This document shows positions 40,813-49,192 of a stretch of 64,000 nt of DNA, one piece after another. This DNA comes from Candidatus Omnitrophota bacterium (GTDB lineage Bacteria > Omnitrophota > Gorgyraeia > Zapsychrales > Zapsychraceae): positions 5,740 to 69,739 of the forward strand of contig JAIORP010000158.1 in the NCBI GenBank assembly GCA_021108075.1, given 5' to 3'. Position numbers and translations under genes: made by a program. The stretch's first letter is position 1; the number at the start of each line of letters is the position of its first letter. Under the pieces are notes generated by a model that had not been told where the DNA came from, ran no database searches, and worked only from the letters and a program-made list of their open reading frames with translations.

Positions 40813-41752
40813 AGGTATTGTTTACAATGAATTTGGGGCGGTTCTTTGTTTCGTCATAAACCGCACCCAAGTAAAGTCCGATGATCCCCGTACAAAAAAG
40901 CTGAACACTCCCGATAAAAATAACAGCCATCATAATCGCCGTCCAACCTGGGATCGCTTTGCCCTGAAATTTCTCTAAAAGAACATGCCCGAGCAACACA
41001 AAACTGAATAAGATCGAAACAAAACCAATGGCGGAAGCTATTTGAAGGGGAACCGTGGAGAAAGAGACCACCGCGGATTCAAAAAAGTTGCGAATAACAT
41101 CAAAACTAAATATCTTGAATTTCGTCTCACCACCATAACGCGCGTGCCGTTCATACGGCACAAACGTCTGTTTAAAACCGATCCAGCAGACTAAACCACG
41201 AACAAACGGTCTTTTTTCTTTTAATTGAGTCACCTGGTCCGCAGCCCGGCGTGTTAAAAGCTTAAAATCCCCGGCCTCAACAGGCAAATGGATATCCGTG
41301 ATTTTATTGAGAATAAGATAACCGATCCTGGTGATAAACAACTTCACGCGCGATTCACCTTTCCGTAACGTGCGGACCGTGTGGATCACTTCCAAAGAAC
41401 GGTCTTTTTGCCAGATATCAATAAGTTTTGGAATTAACTCCGGAGGATCCTGCAAGTCGGCGTCCATATAAAGAACGAGGTCTCCTTGCGCAAATTCCAA
41501 GCCGGCTAATATCGAGGCCGCGACACCAAAACGCCGTGATAAGTTGACAACTCGAATATCACGATACAGTTTATCTTTCTCCATCAACAACTCGAAAGAC
41601 CGGTCGGTTGAAGCGTCGTTGACAAAAACAAGTTCATAGCCGTCAATCGCTCCGCGTTTAACTTCACGTCGCATCACAGAACGAACCCGTCTTAACAATT
41701 CGGGAAGAACTTGCTCCTCATTTCTAAAGGAGAACACAACAGACAATAGCAT
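40715..41752 (-). CDS. GtrB/ArnC/DPM1-like polyprenyl-phosphate glycosyltransferase (GT2) with C-terminal TM helices
   Basis: LSVVFSFRNEE, FVNDASTDRS and YMDADLQDPPE (DxD) are GT2 motifs. Two C-terminal TM helices are typical of Und-P-sugar synthases that feed GT-C enzymes. Confidence 0.85.
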   Translation of the reverse strand: MLLSVVFSFRNEEQVLPELLRRVRSVMRREVKRGAIDGYELVFVNDASTDRSFELLMEKDKLYRDIRVVNLSRRFGVAASILAGLEFAQGDLVLYMDADLQDPPELIPKLIDIWQKDRSLEVIHTVRTLRKGESRVKLFITRIGYLILNKITDIHLPVEAGDFKLLTRRAADQVTQLKEKRPFVRGLVCWIGFKQTFVPYERHARYGGETKFKIFSFDVIRNFFESAVVSFSTVPLQIASAIGFVSILFSFVLLGHVLLEKFQGKAIPGWTAIMMAVIFIGSVQLFCTGIIGLYLGAVYDETKNRPKFIVNNTYGFSQPQKNIYAQSIHLTSPQNFTAGYSAEEN

Positions 41753-41876
41753 AAGCTTATTATTATATATATTATTAAAGGACTAAAACATTATAATAAA
41801 AATTATAAACATTCTCATCATATTTCTTTAAGAAAACCTCTCCTGATTCCCTTTGACGGTAAAGATCAAAAAAAAA

Positions 41877-42968
41877 TCATTCCAGCTCTTCTTTTCCGAA
41901 TTCCCGATTTAAATAACACCACTCCTCGTCATCCATTTCCCATTCGCTGTATACGGCAAGCCCACGATAATTTTCTGGTAAGGACTCAAACCGCAGCAAC
42001 CCCGCGTGTATCCCGAATAAAGCGTTCTGGATGTTTTCCACTTTGGGTGAATGATATAAGACCGTCGCATCATCATAAACAGGCACACCCAGGAGTATTT
42101 CTGTTCCCTGCCCCCAGGTTAAAACATCCCTGGTCCAAGCACTCATCACTTTTTGGTAAACCTTCTGCAAACGTATGGCGCTGTCATACATCATAACGGC
42201 AATTTGGTCAGCATGTTGCGCCACCTGCTGATAGTATTTCCGCCCCCAATGGACCCTGGGAAAAGGATGCCACTTTGTCGGAGGAGGATAAGCGGCGATC
42301 GACAATATCTTGTCCCGCGGCATCGCCTGCCGGAGTTCTTGAAGCAGATCCAAAAAATCAGTATCGCCGGAAATCATCGGCTCAATATTCACTTGCACAC
42401 CAGCCAGACGAGGGTGGCGCGCGAACAGATCAAGGATGGATGCGATGAAACGGGAACGCCATTCACGCGAGTCGATAAAGCAATGCGTGCCCACAATACC
42501 GCCAACCCAAGGGATGACCTTCAAATCACTTAACTGATCTAGAAAAATTTCCGTGTTAGGTTCATCGTGACGGGCAATCTTGCCATCCGGCTGGCACGGA
42601 CAGACATGAGGAAAAACATATTTTATGCCATGAAAACGCAATTTACTGGCCAACCGCGCCATTTGGCGAGCATCACGAAATCTTGATTTGTCTCTCTTGT
42701 TGCGCTGAAACCAATCATCATCTCCCATCCAACCATGCTGCAACCATATGGCATTCGTACGCAGGTCATGCCGGCCGTCACGGACAAGCCGGCCCGGATG
42801 CCACGCGGCATAAGCAAATACCAACATGATCATGGTCAACAAAATGAATGCCGCCATCAACACTCTTTTTGACCGGTTCATTTGAGAATAAAATTTTAAC
42901 ATCCTTGACGAAGTCCTCGCGCAACAATCCATCCTGAGGTGAAAACGAGCACATAATACCAAATCCAT
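41877..42968 (-). CDS. membrane-anchored protein with a putative glycoside-hydrolase-like TIM-barrel domain
   Basis: Probable start at MNRSKRVLMAAFILLTMIMLVFAYAAW (signal anchor). The soluble domain has alternating beta/alpha character. Family assignment is tentative. Confidence 0.4.
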   Translation of the reverse strand: MDLVLCARFHLRMDCCARTSSRMLKFYSQMNRSKRVLMAAFILLTMIMLVFAYAAWHPGRLVRDGRHDLRTNAIWLQHGWMGDDDWFQRNKRDKSRFRDARQMARLASKLRFHGIKYVFPHVCPCQPDGKIARHDEPNTEIFLDQLSDLKVIPWVGGIVGTHCFIDSREWRSRFIASILDLFARHPRLAGVQVNIEPMISGDTDFLDLLQELRQAMPRDKILSIAAYPPPTKWHPFPRVHWGRKYYQQVAQHADQIAVMMYDSAIRLQKVYQKVMSAWTRDVLTWGQGTEILLGVPVYDDATVLYHSPKVENIQNALFGIHAGLLRFESLPENYRGLAVYSEWEMDDEEWCYLNREFGKEELE

Positions 42969-43059
42969 TACATCATATAAAGTCGAACATTAAAATAAAA
43001 ATAAGGATCTCAAGACCGAAAAACATTGATCCACACCATGGGCAACATAACGGTTCTGA

Positions 43060-43962
43060 TTAATAAAACGAAGCCGAAATACTGTCAAATAATTCTTTCG
43101 ATTCAAAAACTTGACTTCTTGGATTGTCTACTATGACCAATTTTTTGCGATCATATTCAACAATAAAATGACGCCAATAAAATTCAATCTCAGACAATTC
43201 TTTACGAAAAGAGGCCTCTAAATAAGAGTTATAGCCATCCAATGTGTTTTCTTTTAACTGCTCTAAATATGCTCTTAACTTTCCCCTTTTATGCAAAAAG
43301 AGGATGACGAGACGAACCTCATTCTTTGTTAATTGATCGACAGGCTTTGTAACAATGTCACTTAATTTAATCCCCGCTATGCCCCCACGGTTCATAAGTT
43401 CTTGCGTACGGATGGGACTATGATAGCCGACATTCAAGACGAGCTGCCCATCATCTTCATAGACATAAATCATCTCAAAAAAAGATGCCAGGCCCATGAC
43501 GAACCAGGGGGGTGCGCTTCTAAAGCGACCTGCCATCAAAGGCTGCATGACAATATAAGCAACCGTTCCGATATCAGCCTCTTCATGCGTTATCAACGCT
43601 CTTAAATCATATACGTATTCCCCCCCATCAGAAGGAATTCCATCTAACTCCTGACGAATGAACGATCGAAATTCTTCTCTGTCAGATAAGACATAAAAAT
43701 CAAGCGGATCGACGATATCCGTCTCAAAATAATGATTTTTAATAAAAGGCACAAACGCATCCGCGAACGCAGCAAATTCCGGAACAACCTGAATCTTCTT
43801 GTTATAGTAAAATGTGAAATGCTTCGATTGGTAGCTATTATCAAAATATGCCGCAGGATTAAAATTCCTGCGCTTGTGTTCTTTAACAGAAAGATAATAC
43901 ATTCCCATTAAAATAATGATGCCGGCCAGAACAATCCGTGAATAAAACTTGTCTGAATCCAT
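43060..43962 (-). CDS. membrane-anchored hypothetical protein
   Basis: N-terminal TM (IVLAGIIILMGMYYL), then a ~270-aa soluble domain. No motif recognised. Confidence 0.45.
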   Translation of the reverse strand: MDSDKFYSRIVLAGIIILMGMYYLSVKEHKRRNFNPAAYFDNSYQSKHFTFYYNKKIQVVPEFAAFADAFVPFIKNHYFETDIVDPLDFYVLSDREEFRSFIRQELDGIPSDGGEYVYDLRALITHEEADIGTVAYIVMQPLMAGRFRSAPPWFVMGLASFFEMIYVYEDDGQLVLNVGYHSPIRTQELMNRGGIAGIKLSDIVTKPVDQLTKNEVRLVILFLHKRGKLRAYLEQLKENTLDGYNSYLEASFRKELSEIEFYWRHFIVEYDRKKLVIVDNPRSQVFESKELFDSISASFY

Positions 43963-43983
43963 CTCGTTCCCTTCCTTATCATT

Positions 43984-44065
43984 ATACCAATTCCATTAAA
44001 TAATGACCAAAACCAATTCTGCTTTTCAGAATTAAGATAGAACAATTTATTAATGGATTTGGTAT
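43984..44065. repeat. 82-bp MITE/REP-like element, copy 4 (orientation A)
   Basis: Identical family sequence. Its 3' end (ggtat|TA) supplies or abuts the TAA stop of gene 44065-44811. Confidence 0.9.
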
Positions 44066-44811
44066 TACGTGACGTTAATATCCGGACGGAAATGCTTTAA
44101 AAACTTTTTGTCTGGATAGATAGTAACTTTTTGAAACTCTTTTGTTTCCCCGGTTCTTAATTGAAACCGCAAGGTTTTATTCCATATTCCTTTCATTGCA
44201 ACGGAATCGATTTCTGATAAGACCAGTTCTTTAAAAGTGTTGTCTTTCCCATCTCTTTGAATCAAACGTTGATTCGTTAAAATAAACCAGGCCGGATTTT
44301 TTGCGCCCGCCTCATCCCCAACACCGACTAAAAACTCGCCCGGCTGAGGTGGAAATTGGGTAAATAAGACATGCAAACAGCCACCTTCTTGTGGAGGATA
44401 AATTTTAACAAAATCTTCATAGGGCGTTTTAGCCTCCTGTTGAAAAGCCGCGTTCAAATCGGAAAGTTGCCCAGAACCCCAGGCATCCAGGGTGGACTGA
44501 TAAAAACCGACGACCCTTTGATCTTGAAGCAACACGCTGTCCACCGCAGCCCGAACAGAATCAACATGCCGTCTGGCTGAAAAAAATTCTTTTGTGTCAA
44601 AAGCATACCAGACCAAACAAGCAACAATAAAAACAGTTTGTGAAATCGGCATCCCGAAAAGCGCAATTTGATCCCCTTGCGCATACACCGTCAGGCCCCA
44701 GATTAATATCCCTGTTGTCAGAATGTAGCCGAAGACAGCTCCAACGGTTTTAGAACCTTTAGACATGACACCCTGCAGAAGAATAGCAACAATGATATAT
44801 GGATTAAACAT
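44065..44811 (-). CDS. membrane protein with a C-terminal soluble domain, unknown function
   Basis: Three N-terminal TM helices followed by a ~150-aa soluble domain. Confidence 0.45.
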   Translation of the reverse strand: MFNPYIIVAILLQGVMSKGSKTVGAVFGYILTTGILIWGLTVYAQGDQIALFGMPISQTVFIVACLVWYAFDTKEFFSARRHVDSVRAAVDSVLLQDQRVVGFYQSTLDAWGSGQLSDLNAAFQQEAKTPYEDFVKIYPPQEGGCLHVLFTQFPPQPGEFLVGVGDEAGAKNPAWFILTNQRLIQRDGKDNTFKELVLSEIDSVAMKGIWNKTLRFQLRTGETKEFQKVTIYPDKKFLKHFRPDINVT

Positions 44812-45154
44812 AAATAGACACCTTTCTTTTTAGTTGCGGCGGCTAAAAACAAACACGTTTTGTCATACGTCCCTAAATAAAATCTGTCCTTGCCCTCGGG
44901 TCAATATTCAGGCAATCTCTAAAAATTCAATTATTGCAACAAAATAATAACCGGGTTTCGGCGAGAAGACCTGAATACTCTAACCATTTCTATCAATTAT
45001 TAGAGGTTGCCTTTAATGAATCGGACTCCTGAGGCAGATAAACATCTCATCAAAACATTTCGCTTCACTAAAAACGAACGACGCTTCACGCATTCATGTC
45101 CTGAGCACCTATTTGCGACGATAGAATGTCAATAATCTGAAAATGAATGACGCC

Positions 45155-45523
45155 TTATAATGATGGAACAAAAATCGATATGACTGTTAAAAGAAAGATA
45201 ATGCCATAACTCAAAAGAAAATCCTTGCGCTCCATCCATATCGATTTGAAGTCATCATGAAAAAAGGATATGACAAACAAAATAATTGTTAAACATATCA
45301 TAACCGGCATTAAACAAAAAAACCCGACGAGTTGTTTGTATCCTTCAGGAAATGGCGCGGCCAGAACGGGGAATATTTCTTCCAACAATCCTCTCGGCGC
45401 CAACAATTCGGTAGACAATTTATGTTGAAACCCGAGCAAAAGCGTTAAGATAAAAAGGATCATCCCCTGAAATAAAAAAAGTGAAAATTTCTTCGACACA
45501 CTCGCTCCATATGCTCCGGTCAC
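45155..45523 (-). CDS. small integral membrane protein
   Basis: 122 aa with 3-4 TM helices. Overlaps the upstream gene by 4 nt. Confidence 0.35.
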   Translation of the reverse strand: MTGAYGASVSKKFSLFLFQGMILFILTLLLGFQHKLSTELLAPRGLLEEIFPVLAAPFPEGYKQLVGFFCLMPVMICLTIILFVISFFHDDFKSIWMERKDFLLSYGIIFLLTVISIFVPSL

Positions 45524-45945
45524 AGTGGATTGAAATAAAACCTCCCGCCTAACTTTTTGACAGCCTGCCTCACCGGTTCTTTGTGCTTTTCATCACCAAT
45601 GAAAAGAATTTGTAATCCCGGCAAAGGATCAAGGTGCATGTCCAAAGCATCTAAAATAACCCTCATTGTATTAGAGCTTTTTGGCCCCACACAACAGATT
45701 CTAAAACTTTTCGTTTTTGCAGCCGACAACTTGTTTGCTAAGTCCACGCTCAAACTTGATCGGGAAGTGTTTTCTGCAGGCACCCATAACAACAAAGCGT
45801 CCTTACCTAAAACGGCATTAGCTTGAAACATCATAGAGGTCGTCGGTTCTGTGGCAACTGGAGCAGTGGAACAGCCAGTCAAAATAAAAACAAGAACCCA
45901 TATTCCACAACAGCGATAAAAGGCGAAACTCATATTCTCCTCCAA
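45520..45945 (-). CDS. putative lipoprotein
   Basis: Signal peptide plus lipobox (LTGCS). Confidence 0.4.
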   Translation of the reverse strand: MEENMSFAFYRCCGIWVLVFILTGCSTAPVATEPTTSMMFQANAVLGKDALLLWVPAENTSRSSLSVDLANKLSAAKTKSFRICCVGPKSSNTMRVILDALDMHLDPLPGLQILFIGDEKHKEPVRQAVKKLGGRFYFNPL

Positions 45946-45970
45946 TAATCTTTCCCGTAGACATTAAACA

Positions 45971-46390
45971 TTAATCTGTCTTTACTCTTTGAAAAACTAA
46001 TGTTTCTGACGTAAATTCCAGTGGATATTCGCCTATATCATCTTTGGTAAATGAATGTCCGTCCATCTTAAAACTATCATTGTTCAAGAATTCAATCAAG
46101 GTGACTATAAACATGTCCTCAAACTCTTTGCTGGTAAAGTCGGAAAAAACAACATATTCCTTGCCGTTTTTCTGTTCAATGACAAATTGACCATCCATCG
46201 TCATTTTATTTTCCGGGCTCTCTGTCTCCCAGGTAAACGTATTGTCCTTAAAAAAATGATAGGTTAATGTCACACCTTCAACAGGAGATGTCATCCAGAC
46301 ACCTAACAATTGATTTATGGATATTGCCTGCGCATGCGCAGTGCTAACCATCAGCGATATAAAAATGACAAAACTTAGAATTTTCTTCAT
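45971..46390 (-). CDS. small secreted protein (lipocalin-like size), unknown function
   Basis: Cleavable signal peptide (MVSTAHAQA), 139 aa. Confidence 0.4.
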   Translation of the reverse strand: MKKILSFVIFISLMVSTAHAQAISINQLLGVWMTSPVEGVTLTYHFFKDNTFTWETESPENKMTMDGQFVIEQKNGKEYVVFSDFTSKEFEDMFIVTLIEFLNNDSFKMDGHSFTKDDIGEYPLEFTSETLVFQRVKTD

Positions 46391-46483
46391 TTGACCTCCT
46401 TCAAACCTATTGCTCGTTGGGCGTTAAATATATGAAAAGATCGTGTTATCAAGAAAAACATATCTTTAAACATGGACCCTGTT

Positions 46484-47563
46484 TTATTTTTGCCGCCATA
46501 TGATCTGATTGATGACCTCCCCTTCTAAGGTCCGTACTTCAGTTTTTTTGATTAATTTAATACTAGATTTTTCATCTTTCAAAAAATAATCACAAAAGAG
46601 TACCATTAAAGCCTTTGATATCCGCTGGGCATCCGGACGGGAAGCAGACGGAAAAAAACGCGCCTCTGGATTATCTGAAAAAGCAAAATGATCCGCATTC
46701 TTCAGCCAAAAAAAATATTTATCGCCATCCGGCAACAGCTTGAATACTTGCCACCGGGTATAGGGCAATAAAACTCCACCATCATATCGTTTTTGAACAT
46801 CTCTTGATCCGGTCAGGCAAACAAGCGGACGGTCAATGGAACGATAACTGTCCGGGCCGAAATAGGTTGTGTCCGGACTTTGAGGAGACATCGCAAACCC
46901 AAAAATAATACGTGAATCATTTAAAGGAGGAGCCAATCCCTTGCCAGTTCCTTGGACCGGATCCAAATGATCCAAAATTGGCCGGGCCCCACAGGCGACG
47001 AGGGTTGTATAAGCTCCAAACGAATGCCCCATCATCGCGATTTTATTAATATTTATTTTTCCTCTCAATACGGCATGTTGCCTATTCCATCGCTCTGCCT
47101 GGTCAATGGCAAAACGGACATCCTTCGGCCGTTCAAGAACGGCTTGAGGATCCTTCGTTATTTTATGCACAGCTTGTTTCAGTGTCATCTGTCCGCCCTG
47201 CGGACTTAAATAATATTTAACACGTCGATTGTTGCTAAAAACATGTTCCATGCAAATGACAACATAACCCCAACGGGCTAAATGCTGTGCCTGGTATATA
47301 TTGGCATCCCGTGTTCCCATTCCTCCATGAGAAAAAATAATCAGAGGATATTGTCCCCGTTCTTCCGGATAATGAATCTTTAATGGAACATTCCGGTCCT
47401 TACGAGAAGCGTCCGTTAAGTCAGGGAAATCCAGTGTATCGATTTCATGCGGACCCGGTTGGCTATAATCCATCAAGCTCGCATAAGAACAGCTAAAAAC
47501 AGGTAGACATAAAAAAATAAGAAGCAAACAAACATAGCTGCAAACATGATAAAATTTTATCAT
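46484..47563 (-). CDS. secreted alpha/beta hydrolase, PAF-acetylhydrolase/dienelactone-hydrolase-like lipase/esterase
   Basis: Signal peptide, PLIIFSHGGMG oxyanion region and GHSFG nucleophile elbow (plasma PAF-AH-like GHSFGA). Confidence 0.75.
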   Translation of the reverse strand: MIKFYHVCSYVCLLLIFLCLPVFSCSYASLMDYSQPGPHEIDTLDFPDLTDASRKDRNVPLKIHYPEERGQYPLIIFSHGGMGTRDANIYQAQHLARWGYVVICMEHVFSNNRRVKYYLSPQGGQMTLKQAVHKITKDPQAVLERPKDVRFAIDQAERWNRQHAVLRGKININKIAMMGHSFGAYTTLVACGARPILDHLDPVQGTGKGLAPPLNDSRIIFGFAMSPQSPDTTYFGPDSYRSIDRPLVCLTGSRDVQKRYDGGVLLPYTRWQVFKLLPDGDKYFFWLKNADHFAFSDNPEARFFPSASRPDAQRISKALMVLFCDYFLKDEKSSIKLIKKTEVRTLEGEVINQIIWRQK

Positions 47564-47584
47564 ACAGTCACCCTTCGCATCCTC

Positions 47585-48046
47585 TTACGACGGCAGGCCA
47601 TCCGGCCAATATTGCTTTGATAATGATACAATCGTTTGCCGCTGCTCAGGAGTAAGAAAGGCTTCCGGTGAATTTTCCAAAGATGTTTCCCTGTTCTCGA
47701 CAATAAGAACCATCGCATCTCTGCTTAAAGAATGTGTGTGCCAGACTCCCCTCTTCACATTATACTGTTTCAACGGCTGCATTTGCTCAATATGTATCTT
47801 TGTTATTGCATTCGCGCCTTCACCTAAAAACAATAAACATTGTCCTTTCAATAAAACGAAAACTTCGTCTGTTTCATCGTGACGCTGCATCTTCAATATT
47901 TCTTGAGGCTCTAACTCATCAATGTAATTCAAAATAGCGACACGCCATTGTTCATAATCAATGATCGGATTGTAACCTTGAGCGTGGCATTCATGAATGG
48001 CTAATAAGTTTGTCGTCATAATAATATCCATTTTACTTCTTTTCAC
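47585..48046 (-). CDS. hypothetical protein, possible cupin fold
   Basis: HDETDEVFVLLKGQCLLFLGEG resembles the cupin motif 1 region. Weak. Confidence 0.3.
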   Translation of the reverse strand: MKRSKMDIIMTTNLLAIHECHAQGYNPIIDYEQWRVAILNYIDELEPQEILKMQRHDETDEVFVLLKGQCLLFLGEGANAITKIHIEQMQPLKQYNVKRGVWHTHSLSRDAMVLIVENRETSLENSPEAFLTPEQRQTIVSLSKQYWPDGLPS

Positions 48047-48128
48047 TCATCCGCGTAATCCGTGTGAGCGAACATACGCTGTAAACGGGCGGGAAAACAA
48101 TGCCGCTGACCTTCACGCCTCACATATA

Positions 48129-48500
48129 TCATCCCTTAAACGATTTTCCAAATGGGAATAAGGCTAATGCTATTAACTTCAAATGTTGTCTGGCAAAGGG
48201 GATCCCAATGATTGTTATGGCTAGAAGTCCCGCCAGGATTAAATGCATGATAGCGATCTCAAGCCCAAAAAACAGGAGCCAAATGACATTCAAAATGGCG
48301 GCTATCACGCCGGACTTTCCTTCAGTCTGAACAACTTCTTTACCAAAGGGGAAACACGCGATGCCGGAAAGTTTAAAGCATTGCACACCGAATGGAATAC
48401 CGATAATCGTCAGACAACAGGCAATCCCACCAAGAAAATAAGATACGGCGATAAAAAAACCGCCAAAAACAATCCATAAAAGATTCCCGATAAAACTCAC
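48129..48500 (-). CDS. yccF: YccF-like inner membrane protein (DUF307)
   Basis: Duplicated DUF307 motif GNLLWIVFGGFFIAVSYFLGGIACCLTIIGIPFGVQCFKL ... LAGLLAITIIGIPFARQHLKL. Confidence 0.7.
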   Translation of the reverse strand: MSFIGNLLWIVFGGFFIAVSYFLGGIACCLTIIGIPFGVQCFKLSGIACFPFGKEVVQTEGKSGVIAAILNVIWLLFFGLEIAIMHLILAGLLAITIIGIPFARQHLKLIALALFPFGKSFKG

Positions 48501-48547
48501 CTAAAACCTCCGATCAAAATATCATTTAAGAAAACGACACAAAACAT

Positions 48548-49045
48548 TCACCGTGACTGCGTGTTTCTTCTATTCTTTTTAATCTTTTTTAATGTTTTTA
48601 TCGCAATATCCCAATCTTCCCTGTATATCGCAAAAATATCAGCCGGGGCTGTTCCGATCACGGAAAAAACACGGCCCTCTTGATCCGCGACATAATAGGC
48701 GATGTTGAGCAATGATCCTGTCCGGAAAATGAACCAAATAATTTCCCGCCTTAATACTTCAATAACCCCCTCATCTACAATATCCGGATTCATCACCTGA
48801 TCAATATAATACTTTTCATGCACGTCTTTCGCCTGTAAGAGGTTTATAACCATCAAGCCCCCCATGCCATCTTGAAAAGCCATGCTTTGACGGGCTATAT
48901 CTTCTTCCAATTCAAGCGCAACCCAACCCCGGGGAATATCTATCGTTACCTGCAACAGATCATTGGAATGTGTTTCACTAAAAGGGCTGTCACAGGCACT
49001 AAAAAATAAACAAAATATCACGGCACATCGAATAAAAAATTTCAT
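48548..49045 (-). CDS. putative lipoprotein, unknown function
   Basis: Signal peptide with a Cys lipobox (FFSACDS). Confidence 0.4.
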   Translation of the reverse strand: MKFFIRCAVIFCLFFSACDSPFSETHSNDLLQVTIDIPRGWVALELEEDIARQSMAFQDGMGGLMVINLLQAKDVHEKYYIDQVMNPDIVDEGVIEVLRREIIWFIFRTGSLLNIAYYVADQEGRVFSVIGTAPADIFAIYREDWDIAIKTLKKIKKNRRNTQSR

Positions 49046-49192
49046 AAAGAATCCCGGGAACGTCGCGTACTTTTTATCAATAAAACACCCTGGTCATTCC
49101 CGAGGGTCCAAGCGGGAAATAACACTGAAATATAAATTATAACAGAAAAGAATAGTGCCCTCAAAAAAAGATGCACAAAACAATCACAAGAG

